Shown: positions 1 to 8,905, counted from the first letter of the stretch. The stretch is 45,283 bases of DNA from Candidatus Hydrogenedentota bacterium (GCA_029974275.1 JARKSN010000169.1:1-45283); one strand, 5' to 3'. Notes: generated by a model not told the origin, from the letters alone. Numbers and translations: made by a program.

Positions 1-3000
1 GGCGGCGGCGGCGCGGGCGGCGGCGGCGGCCAAGGCGGCGGCGGCGGCGGCGGCGGCGCGCCCGTATATTGCGGTTCGCCAAGCTACACGCAGTTGTGCG
101 GCGGTCATGGCGGACGCGGCGGCGACGGCGGCCTGGGTCAAATAGGCGGCGTTGGAGGCGCGGGCGGCATTGGCGGCGCAGGCGGCGTTGGCGGCACGGG
201 CGGCGGCGCTATCGCGCTGGCAGCGCGCGGCCTTCTGCGGATATACAACACCTCGGGAACGGTTGACATCAACATTGCTGCGGGAGCCCCAGGAGCGGGC
301 GGCGCAGGCGGCGCGGGCACGGCAGGCGGCGCGGCCTCGGGCAGTACGGCGCGCGACGACTCGCAGTTCGACAGCGGCCGCACCAGTTACGGCACGCGCA
401 CAGGCGCCCATTACTACAACTGCAATCCCGTGAATTGCAATCCCTACCAGTGCAATCCCTATAACTGCAGTCCCTACCAGTGCAATCCTACCTGCAACTG
501 GGTGACCACCGCGGAATGTCCGCCGTGCGCGACCAACTATCGCGGCCAGTGTGCCACGGCATGCAACCACTGTGCAGGCAATTCAACCACCTACAGCACC
601 TGCTACAATACCTGTTACAATACCTGTTATAATACGTGCTACAGCACCTGCACCGACAATCGGACATGGTACTCGGGCGCGGGCGCCGTGGGAAGGTACG
701 GCGGCGCGGGCGGAAACGGTTCGTCCGGCGGCCAAGGCGGTCAGGGCGGCACGGGCGGCACGGGCGGCATCGGCACGCCGGGCATGCTCAAACTGCACGC
801 CTCGGTGATCGCGGCAACGAATGCACGCCTCATTTGCGAAAATCACACGGTCAACGCGGATACCCAGTACGCTGGGCGCGTGACCTATATTTCCAACGGC
901 CACACCAATCTTAGCTACGTTGGCTCCGGCGGCGCCGCCGAGACTATTTTGGTCGGCGACGTGGCCGCTTCCACCCTTGTCGGCGACTACTTGCGCGGCG
1001 ACAGCGTCTACGAAGCATCGGGCGTCAGAATCAAATGCCCGCTGATCGGCGAATTGGTGGATATCAACTCGAACAAGGTGGCCCCTGCGGTGGCGGGATA
1101 CATCGCCCAGACCGCATGGAACATGCCCAGCTTTGGCGGATCGGGCACGGTGCGCGTCGCCCAAGCCAGCCCAGACATCTACTCAGGCTACAACCAATAC
1201 TTCCTGTGGAACCCGAGCCTGACCACGGCCGTTCCATGGGTCCAGATACAAATTGTCCATGCGGGAACGACGTACTTGTATGATCTAACGTCGGGGCTGC
1301 CGCCAAACGGATACTGGTCGACCACTGCGCCGGCCGGAGCCACGTTTACGGCCATTACCGACACGACGCCGCCGACGACCACCATCTCGGCTCCGTCGGC
1401 CTCGGGCACGCGCGGCGGCCCGGTCACTTTCACCGTCACCTATGCGGACCGCGCTCCCGACAGCGGCATCGCCAGCATCAGTCTTGCTGCGGCGAACATC
1501 ACGCTCCACAAGACCGGCACGGCCAACGGGGCGGTCTCCGTTTCGGGATCGAATCCCACCTCGCGGACCGTTACCATCTCTAGCATCACCGGAGATGGGG
1601 AGCTGAGCATTTCCGTTGCAGCCGCCACGGCGACCAACGGCGGCGGATTGGCCGCAGACGCGGCCGGCCCGAGCGCCACGTTCGTCGCGGATAACACCCC
1701 GCCCGACATTAGCCTGGGCGGACCTTCCGCGAGCATCACCAAGAGCGGCCCGATTACCTTCGACGTGACCTACGGCGCAGACGCGAGCCTCATCACGCTG
1801 GCGCCTGCCGACGTGACGGTCAACGCGACGGGATCGGTCGCCGTGGGCAATATCGCGATTTCCACCGTGTCTCCCACCGTCAAGCGCGTGACGCTGAGCG
1901 CGATCACCGGCAATGGGTTGTTGGGGATCAGCATTGGCGCCGGAACGGCCCAAGACGCCTTGGGCAATTCCTGTCTGGCAACGGGCGCCAGCGACACCTG
2001 CCAAGTCGACAACGGACAGCCGACCGTTACGGTAAGCGGACCGTCCGTTTCCCAGACCAAAGGCGGGCCGGTTTCCTTCACCGTGACCTATGCCGATCCC
2101 ACCGTTAACGGCGTCACTTCCGGCATGGATGCCATCTCCTTGGCTTCTAGCAACGTCTCCCTGAACGCCACAGGAAACGCCACCGCCGGAACGATCACGA
2201 TAACGGGAACGGGCAACGTCGCCCGGACCGTGACCTTGAGTTCGGTGACGGGCAACGGCACGCTGGGCATTTCCATCGCTGCCGGAACCGCTACGGACGC
2301 TGTGGGCAATGCGGCAGTGGCGGCGAGCCCCAGTAGCACGTTCCGCGTGGATAACACGGCTCCCGTCCTTTCCATTGACCCGCCGAGTTTCAGCGGCAGC
2401 ATTCCGAACGGCATCGTGAGCTACACCGTCAACTACGTTGATCCCAACGACGGCACCGGCTGGAACTCGGGAATCAACGCCATTACCCTGGCGTCGGGCG
2501 ACGTGACCGTTCACACCACGGGCACCGTCACGACGGGCGCGGTCGTGGTCAGCGGAATAGGAAACTCCGCGCGCACCGTCGATGTCCCCGTGACGGGCGG
2601 CGACGGCTTTGTGTGGATCACCGTGGGGACAGGCACTGCCACGGACAACGTCGGCAACCAAGCCGTTGCAGGCGGCCCCAGCGCGCAACGCAAAGTGCAG
2701 AACGTCATTCCCGGCGTAACGATCAGCGATCCCTCGACTTCCGGACCGGTCAAGAGCACCGCCACGGTGACCTATACCATCCAATACGTGGGCATGGCCG
2801 ACGTAACGCTCGCCACGGGCGATCCCAAGCTGCGCCTGTACCAGCCGGGCGGCTCAACCGCTTCGGCAACCATGACCGTGTCCGGCAGCGGCAATACCAC
2901 GCGCACCGTCACCCTCACTAACCTAACGGGCGACGGCCCCTTGGGTATCACGCTGGACGCCGGCACCGGCACCGACTATTGGGGCGATCCTGCTCCGGCG

Positions 3001-6000
3001 GCCGGTCCCAGCACAATTCTCGGCGTGGACAACACCCCGCCGACCATCACCGTGACAGGTCCGGCTCCCAATCAGACGAGCACGAGCGATGTCGTATACA
3101 CCGTCACGTATACAGGCGCCGACTACATCACGTTGAGCAATGCCGACGTGAATCTGACCAAGACCGGCACCGTAATCGGAACGCCCTCCGTCAGTGCCTC
3201 GGGCAACCCGCGCACGGTGACCATCACCGGAGTCGGCGGAAACGGTTACCTGTACATCTCCTTGAATGCAGGCACCGCTTCCGACACGGCGGGCAATGTA
3301 GCGTTGGCGACCAGCAACAGCGCCCAGTGCAAGGTCCTGAACGACTCGCCGACGGTCACCGTCGGCGCTCCGTCCAAGGCCAATGCCAAGGCCAGCGATA
3401 CGGTCACCTTCCCCGTTGCCTATAGCGAGGGCATTGCCACCGTGAACCTGACGTCAGCCAAGGTGGCGCTCAACTGCACCGGGACGGCAACGGCCAGCAC
3501 GATCAACGTTTCCAACGGCACGACACGCACCCCGACGGTGAGTCTGAGCGGCCTCAGCGGCAACGGAAATATCGGCATTACGATCCAATCCGCCAGCGGC
3601 ACGGACTACTGGTCGCAGCCCGCCCCGGCCAGCGCGCCCAGCACGACGTTCCTGCTGGACACCGCTGCGCCCACCCTCTCGATAGGCGAGCCTTCGACGA
3701 CGGGACCTGTCGGCCCCGGCGGTTCTGTCACCTATACCGTGACCTATGTCGATCCGCTCACCGGCGGCGTCGCGACCGGCATTGACGCCATTACCCTGGA
3801 GGCCAGCGACATCACCTTGGTCACCACGGGCGGCGCCTCCGGCGTTGTGAGCGTCAGTGGAACCGAAAACGCCACGCGCACGATCACCATCAGCAACGTG
3901 AACGTGGTCGGCGGCGACGGAACCGGCACCATCGCGATTGATGAAATCGCCGCGGGAACCGCCACGGACGCCGCAGGCAACGCCGCCGTTGCCGTGACGA
4001 CCAACAGCACGGCGTTCAACGTCGATAGAAACGTATCGACCGTCAGTTTCTCTTCGCCGACGGCCACGATTGCCAACACCGGCCCCGTCTCCTATACGGT
4101 GACCTACAGCTACATGAACACCGTTACTTTGGCGGCGAGTCAGGTCACCCTCAACCGCACCGGCACGGCCAGCGCCAGCGTGAGCGTGTCGGGAACCGCA
4201 CAGCCCAACGCCGGCAATTCGTACACAGTGACTCGGACCATCACCCTGAGCAGCATCACGGGCGACGGCACGCTCAGCCTGAACCTGCCTTCCGGGACGG
4301 CTAAGAAGCGCCAGGCGGGCCATGTGGACGAACCTGCGGATGCGGCGGGCCCCAGCGACGCCATCCTGATCGACAACACCAAGCCGACCGTTACGGTTAG
4401 CGATCCCAACGTCACCAAAGTGACCAGTAGCGTTTCGTTCACCGTGACCTATGCCGATCCCGCCGCTGGGTCTGTTTCGTCCGGCGTGTCGGCCATTACG
4501 TTGGCTCCCGCCAACATAACCCTGAACACCACCAACACCGCTACGGGCACGGTGACGGTCAGCGGAAGCGGGCTCACCACACGCACCGTCACCATCAACG
4601 GCATCACCGGCGATGGCACGTTGGGCATCACGTTGAATGCAGGCACGGCCGTCGACGCAGCAGGCAACGCCACCAACGCGACGGGTGCAAGCGCCATATG
4701 CAATGTACTCAACTCGCCGGTTACCGTCAGCATCGGCGCCCCAGACCCGCCCATCGTGCGCGGCGGTCCTTTGGCCTTCGATGTCACCTATAGCGCGGGC
4801 GTGGGGACTATAACCCTCGTTCCGAGCGACGTCACCATCAACATGATGAAGAAAGCGCCCGAGGTCAACGCCGCCGGAAACGCGGCAGGCACTGTGAGCG
4901 ACGTTCAGGTCACGGGCGTCCGCACGCGCCGCGTCATCGTGTCCAACATCACCGGCGATGGCATGATCAGCATCAGCATCCCTGCTTCCACAGGGCTTGA
5001 CTACTGGTATGACCCGATTCCGCCGGCACCGGCCTCACCGGCCGCGTTTGTGGACAACGTCAAACCGGTGGTCATCATCTCGTCGCCCAATCCGGCCCAG
5101 ATCGGCACAGGATCCGTTTCCTTCACGCTGACCTATGCCGATCCGCCGGGCGCAGGATCGTATGCCTCCGGCATAAGTGCCATTACCTTGGCGGAAAGCG
5201 ACATCTCCATCAACAAGACCGGGACGGTCGCAGCATCCGTGGGCAGCATCACTTCGAGCGGGCCTACAACCCGCATCGTGACCCTAACGGGCGTTAGCGG
5301 CGACGGTTGGCTTGGCATATCCGTGGGCGCAGGCACTGGCGTGGATGCCGCGGGCAACACGACAGACCCAGCCGGGCCTAGCACGCGGTGCAAAGTCCAA
5401 AACAACCCGCCTTCCATCAACATCAGCGCTCCGATCGTGCCCGGCACGCCGCCGATCAAAATCACCAAGAACACTGCCAGCTATACCGTGACCTACACCG
5501 GCATGGCCAACGTGACCCTCGCTCCGGGCGACGTCACGCTGCATGCCACCGGCACGGCCTCCGGCACGATTTCGGTGACGGGTTCCGGCACATCGACCCG
5601 GACGGTCGCCATCAGTGGCATCGCCGGCGATGGAACCCTAGGCATTTCGATTGCCTCGGGCACGGGCACGGACTACTGGGACCAGGGCGCTCCTGCGTCC
5701 GGCATGAGCGCGACGTTCATCGTCGACAATACGGCGCCCGCCGTGACCGTGACGCCGCCCAGTGATATCGATCCGAACACGGGACTCTGGCGCACGCGCC
5801 ACGGACCGCTCGTGTTCACGGTCGACTATGCTGAACTGCACATGAGCGCGATAACCTTGGCCGCCTCTTCCGTGCAACTGAACACAACCGGCACTGTGAC
5901 GGTGGGTTCCGTAACGGTTGACGGCTCCGGCCTCGCCACGCGCACGGTGACGTTGAGCGACATCAACGGCGACGGCGCGGTGGGCATCCGAATCCCGTCG

Positions 6001-7425
6001 GAAACCGCCATAGACCATGCCGGCAACCTGGCCTTGGCCTCGCCCAACAGCGCGACCATGCCGGTGGACAACACGCCGCCGACGATAGCGGTTTCCGGTC
6101 CGACTCCGATCATCAGCAACCGCGGTCCCGTGACGTACACGGTCACCTACGGCGGCGCCGATGAAATATCGCTGACTCCGGCGTTGGTGAGTCTCGCCCG
6201 GACGGGCACCGCCACGGCTGCCGTTCAGGTGACCGGTTCCGGCCTGACGACACGCACCATCACCCTTTTCAACATGCGGGGCGATGGCACGATCATCGTG
6301 AACGTCCAACCGAACAGCGCCGCCGATAAATTCGGCAACGTGGCCCCTGCGGCCTCATCGGGCGTTCAAGACGTGCTGCGCGTCGACAACACGAAGCCCG
6401 TGATCCTCCTCAATGGAAGCGAGACGGTGAACATCGAGTACACCGACTGCTACACCGATGCCGGGGCGACCGCCTTCGACGACATCGACGGCGAAATCAC
6501 CGATCGGATAGTCACGGTCAACCCCGTGGACACGCTGTATCCTGAATCCATCACCTACAGCGTGCGCTACAACGTCAGCGACACCGCCGGCAACGCAGCC
6601 GACGAAGTCATCCGCACCGTGATCGTCAGTCGCCTGCCCAAACTCAGGACGATCGTCAACCTGCTGGGCGGCACGGCTTCCTACGGAGGCAACACCTGCC
6701 AGGCCACCATTATGGCGGGTCGTTTGACCGGAACGCGCACCAACGTCGTCATCGACCGTGCGCCGCGGTTCGCGATTCCGAACAGCCCCTTGAACATTGA
6801 ATGCGGCCTGTGCTTCTCCATCGAGCCGGAAACCACCTTCGTGTTCGGCAACTTCATCGGCACCGTGACCATCTGGTACGAAGACGACGGCACCGGAAAT
6901 GTCAAGGGCAGTGGCGGCCGCGTGCCCATTTCGACCCTGAAGATGGTTCGCAAGAATGGACGCACCGGCAACGTCGAAATCTACAACGGTTCGAAAGCGT
7001 TGCCGTTGGCTCGCCACGACCCAGAAGCCAAGTCCTTCACCGTAGACGCCGAAGTCTGGGGTCTTTATGCCTTGGAGGGCGCTCCCAACTATCTGGCGAA
7101 TCCGGACGCCGACACCGATCGCGATGGCATCCTGGACATTGTCGAGGATGACAACCACGACGGTCTCTGGTCGCACGTCGACGCCAACTTCCCGATGCGT
7201 TGGCCCTATCCGGGCAACGAAACCGACTGGATGAATTGGGACACGGACGGCGACGGCGTTTCCGATGGCGTGGAAATCGCTCTCGGCACGAACCCGCTTG
7301 ATCCGAACAGCCCCACCCACGCTGGCGGCACGACAGGCGTTCCCGTAACGGTTATGCCGGGCCTTGCCGCACTCGCGGCGATGTTTGGGGCCATTGGGCT
7401 GCGCGCGATGCGACGCAAGCGCTAA
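1..7425 (+). CDS. Giant cell-surface protein or adhesin, 5'-partial. Gly-rich head with Cys-rich insert, 15 bacterial Ig-like repeats, a DUF5011-like Ig domain, TSP3-like Ca-binding repeats and a C-terminal TM anchor or sorting signal
   Basis: Frame 1 is open from base 1 (GGGGAGGGGGQGG...) to TAA at 7423-7425. ~115-aa repeats begin DNTxP and contain YTVTY, RTVT, GDG and D.AGN motifs. DNTKPVILLNG...Y.D.GATA.D..DG resembles DUF5011. DTDRDG and DTDGDGVSDGVE motifs follow. The C-terminus is GVPVTVMPGLAALAAMFGAIGLRAMRRKR. Confidence 0.9.
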   Translation, partial: GGGGAGGGGGQGGGGGGGGAPVYCGSPSYTQLCGGHGGRGGDGGLGQIGGVGGAGGIGGAGGVGGTGGGAIALAARGLLRIYNTSGTVDINIAAGAPGAGGAGGAGTAGGAASGSTARDDSQFDSGRTSYGTRTGAHYYNCNPVNCNPYQCNPYNCSPYQCNPTCNWVTTAECPPCATNYRGQCATACNHCAGNSTTYSTCYNTCYNTCYNTCYSTCTDNRTWYSGAGAVGRYGGAGGNGSSGGQGGQGGTGGTGGIGTPGMLKLHASVIAATNARLICENHTVNADTQYAGRVTYISNGHTNLSYVGSGGAAETILVGDVAASTLVGDYLRGDSVYEASGVRIKCPLIGELVDINSNKVAPAVAGYIAQTAWNMPSFGGSGTVRVAQASPDIYSGYNQYFLWNPSLTTAVPWVQIQIVHAGTTYLYDLTSGLPPNGYWSTTAPAGATFTAITDTTPPTTTISAPSASGTRGGPVTFTVTYADRAPDSGIASISLAAANITLHKTGTANGAVSVSGSNPTSRTVTISSITGDGELSISVAAATATNGGGLAADAAGPSATFVADNTPPDISLGGPSASITKSGPITFDVTYGADASLITLAPADVTVNATGSVAVGNIAISTVSPTVKRVTLSAITGNGLLGISIGAGTAQDALGNSCLATGASDTCQVDNGQPTVTVSGPSVSQTKGGPVSFTVTYADPTVNGVTSGMDAISLASSNVSLNATGNATAGTITITGTGNVARTVTLSSVTGNGTLGISIAAGTATDAVGNAAVAASPSSTFRVDNTAPVLSIDPPSFSGSIPNGIVSYTVNYVDPNDGTGWNSGINAITLASGDVTVHTTGTVTTGAVVVSGIGNSARTVDVPVTGGDGFVWITVGTGTATDNVGNQAVAGGPSAQRKVQNVIPGVTISDPSTSGPVKSTATVTYTIQYVGMADVTLATGDPKLRLYQPGGSTASATMTVSGSGNTTRTVTLTNLTGDGPLGITLDAGTGTDYWGDPAPAAGPSTILGVDNTPPTITVTGPAPNQTSTSDVVYTVTYTGADYITLSNADVNLTKTGTVIGTPSVSASGNPRTVTITGVGGNGYLYISLNAGTASDTAGNVALATSNSAQCKVLNDSPTVTVGAPSKANAKASDTVTFPVAYSEGIATVNLTSAKVALNCTGTATASTINVSNGTTRTPTVSLSGLSGNGNIGITIQSASGTDYWSQPAPASAPSTTFLLDTAAPTLSIGEPSTTGPVGPGGSVTYTVTYVDPLTGGVATGIDAITLEASDITLVTTGGASGVVSVSGTENATRTITISNVNVVGGDGTGTIAIDEIAAGTATDAAGNAAVAVTTNSTAFNVDRNVSTVSFSSPTATIANTGPVSYTVTYSYMNTVTLAASQVTLNRTGTASASVSVSGTAQPNAGNSYTVTRTITLSSITGDGTLSLNLPSGTAKKRQAGHVDEPADAAGPSDAILIDNTKPTVTVSDPNVTKVTSSVSFTVTYADPAAGSVSSGVSAITLAPANITLNTTNTATGTVTVSGSGLTTRTVTINGITGDGTLGITLNAGTAVDAAGNATNATGASAICNVLNSPVTVSIGAPDPPIVRGGPLAFDVTYSAGVGTITLVPSDVTINMMKKAPEVNAAGNAAGTVSDVQVTGVRTRRVIVSNITGDGMISISIPASTGLDYWYDPIPPAPASPAAFVDNVKPVVIISSPNPAQIGTGSVSFTLTYADPPGAGSYASGISAITLAESDISINKTGTVAASVGSITSSGPTTRIVTLTGVSGDGWLGISVGAGTGVDAAGNTTDPAGPSTRCKVQNNPPSINISAPIVPGTPPIKITKNTASYTVTYTGMANVTLAPGDVTLHATGTASGTISVTGSGTSTRTVAISGIAGDGTLGISIASGTGTDYWDQGAPASGMSATFIVDNTAPAVTVTPPSDIDPNTGLWRTRHGPLVFTVDYAELHMSAITLAASSVQLNTTGTVTVGSVTVDGSGLATRTVTLSDINGDGAVGIRIPSETAIDHAGNLALASPNSATMPVDNTPPTIAVSGPTPIISNRGPVTYTVTYGGADEISLTPALVSLARTGTATAAVQVTGSGLTTRTITLFNMRGDGTIIVNVQPNSAADKFGNVAPAASSGVQDVLRVDNTKPVILLNGSETVNIEYTDCYTDAGATAFDDIDGEITDRIVTVNPVDTLYPESITYSVRYNVSDTAGNAADEVIRTVIVSRLPKLRTIVNLLGGTASYGGNTCQATIMAGRLTGTRTNVVIDRAPRFAIPNSPLNIECGLCFSIEPETTFVFGNFIGTVTIWYEDDGTGNVKGSGGRVPISTLKMVRKNGRTGNVEIYNGSKALPLARHDPEAKSFTVDAEVWGLYALEGAPNYLANPDADTDRDGILDIVEDDNHDGLWSHVDANFPMRWPYPGNETDWMNWDTDGDGVSDGVEIALGTNPLDPNSPTHAGGTTGVPVTVMPGLAALAAMFGAIGLRAMRRKR
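421..492 (+). repeat. 15-bp coding tandem repeat, about 5 units, encoding C-N/S-P-x-x
   Basis: tgcaatcccgtgaat tgcaatccctaccag tgcaatccctataac tgcagtccctaccag tgcaatcctacc. Confidence 0.9.
598..651 (+). repeat. 12-bp coding tandem repeat, about 4.5 units, encoding T-C-Y-N/S
   Basis: acctgctacaat acctgttacaat acctgttataat acgtgctacagc acctgc. Confidence 0.9.
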
Positions 7426-7448
7426 ACGAAAAGTTGACTCCTCTTTCA

Positions 7449-7485
7449 AGGGGCGCCGATCTTCACGATCGGCGCCCCTCCTTTT
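7449..7485 (+). terminator. Intrinsic terminator after the surface-protein gene
   Basis: Perfect 13-bp stem aggggcgccgatc / gatcggcgcccct with a 5-nt loop, followed by ccttttc. Confidence 0.75.
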
Positions 7486-7547
7486 CGTACAGGGCCAGGC
7501 AGCGCCCCCCATCAGACGTCGCAGTTCCTCCGCTCAGTTCCGTGCGT

Positions 7548-7576
7548 TTGACTTGTCGCGAGCAATCTGGCATAGT
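7548..7576 (+). promoter_or_regulatory. Putative sigma70-type promoter for gap-pgk
   Basis: TTGACT, 17-bp spacer, CATAGT with an extended -10 TG. Confidence 0.5.
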
Positions 7577-7592
7577 GTTCCGGATGGGAAAA

Positions 7593-7862
7593 GGTAGGAA
7601 TTCGCCCCGCGATGGAGGACGGGGCGGAACGAAAGCCCTCCAATGGCTTGTCTTCTTACCCGCTTTTTCGAGTCCCGTGCTGCACGGGACTGCTCCGAAA
7701 AGGCGAAGTTGCCCCAGACGGCGCGTGTTTGCAAAAACGCTTGCCTCGCAACCTCCGGTGCGCAACAGCGCCCGGCGGGCAACGCTTTCCTGCCTCCAGA
7801 AACGGTATGCGCATACGCGGAGTGCGGCGGCGTACGGAATGGGCCTTTGTCCCGCTCTCCGC
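7593..7862 (+). ncRNA. Candidate structured leader RNA upstream of gap
   Basis: Hand-folded three-way junction with complementary loops (7593-7660) followed by several further stems; see findings. Confidence 0.4.
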
Positions 7863-7896
7863 ACAGGCAACAGAGCAATGAGAAGGGGAAACGAAC

Positions 7897-8895
7897 ATGG
7901 CGACTAAGATTGGCATCAACGGATTCGGACGCATTGGCCGCAACGTGTTCAAGCTGCTGATGAAGGCGGGCGATTTCGAGGTGGTGGGCATCAACGACTT
8001 GACCGACGCGAAGACCCTCGCGCATCTGCTCAAGTATGACAGCGTTTTCGGCGTCTACGATGCCGATGTCTCCTCGACGGAAGACGCGATTGTCGTCAAC
8101 GGCAAGGCCATCAAGGTGACGGCCATCAAGGAGCCGTCCGAGATTCCATGGAAGGCCGTTGGCGCGGACATGGTTCTGGAATCGACCGGCCGGTTCACCA
8201 CGAAGGAAGCCTGCTTGAAACACGTCGCCGCTGGCGCCAAGAAGGTGTTGTTGAGCGTTCCGCCGAAGGATGCGGTCGACGCGATCATCGTGGTCGGCGT
8301 AAACTGCGACACCCTGAAACCGACCGATGTGGTGGTTTCGAACGCGAGCTGCACGACCAACTGCTTGGCCCCGATGGCCAAGGTCCTTCACGAGAACTTC
8401 GGCATCAAGCGCGGTCTGATGACCACCGTCCATGCCTACACGAATGACCAACAGGTGCTGGACATGCCGCACAAAGACCTGCGCCGCGCCCGCGCCGCCG
8501 CGAACGCCATCATCCCGACGACCACCGGCGCGGCCCGTGCGGTCGGCAAGGTGCTCCCGGCGTTGGCCGGCAAGCTCGACGGTTTTGCAATGCGCGTGCC
8601 GGTGATTGACGGTTCGGTTGTCGACCTGTCGGTCGAGTTCGAGAAGCCCGTCACGAAGGAAGGCATCAACGCGGCGATTAAGGCGGCAGCGGAAGGATCG
8701 CTGAAGGGCATCCTGCAGTATTGCGAAGACCCAATCGTCTCCTGCGACGTCATCGGAAACGCGCATTCCAGCGTGTTCGACGCCCTATCCACGATGGTCA
8801 TGGGCGAGAACTTCGCGAAGGTTGTCTCCTGGTACGACAACGAGTTCGGCTACTCGAACCGTTGCGTTGACCTGTTTCGCGCGATGGCGAAATAA
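7897..8895 (+). CDS. gap: Type I glyceraldehyde-3-phosphate dehydrogenase
   Basis: GINGFGRIGR Rossmann motif, catalytic SNASCTTNCLAP, WYDNEFGYS; RBS aagggg. Confidence 0.98.
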   Translation: MATKIGINGFGRIGRNVFKLLMKAGDFEVVGINDLTDAKTLAHLLKYDSVFGVYDADVSSTEDAIVVNGKAIKVTAIKEPSEIPWKAVGADMVLESTGRFTTKEACLKHVAAGAKKVLLSVPPKDAVDAIIVVGVNCDTLKPTDVVVSNASCTTNCLAPMAKVLHENFGIKRGLMTTVHAYTNDQQVLDMPHKDLRRARAAANAIIPTTTGAARAVGKVLPALAGKLDGFAMRVPVIDGSVVDLSVEFEKPVTKEGINAAIKAAAEGSLKGILQYCEDPIVSCDVIGNAHSSVFDALSTMVMGENFAKVVSWYDNEFGYSNRCVDLFRAMAK

Positions 8896-8905
8896 CGATC
8901 GTGCC

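Noticed and set aside
550..573. Radical-SAM-like CxxxCxxC (CATACNHC) or heme-binding motif
   Set aside because: No radical SAM barrel follows, there is no CxxCH, and the extracellular context favours disulfides.
421..651. CRISPR-like array
   Set aside because: The units are 12-15 bp in-frame coding repeats without spacers, and there are no cas genes.
409..660. DGR variable region or RiPP precursor, suggested by the AAC/TAC-rich Cys repeats
   Set aside because: No reverse transcriptase, template-repeat copy or modifying enzyme in the window, and the block is in frame inside a large exported protein.
7434..7907. 157-aa ORF upstream of gap
   Set aside because: It crosses a terminator and a promoter, has no recognisable motif, and the region is better explained as a structured leader.
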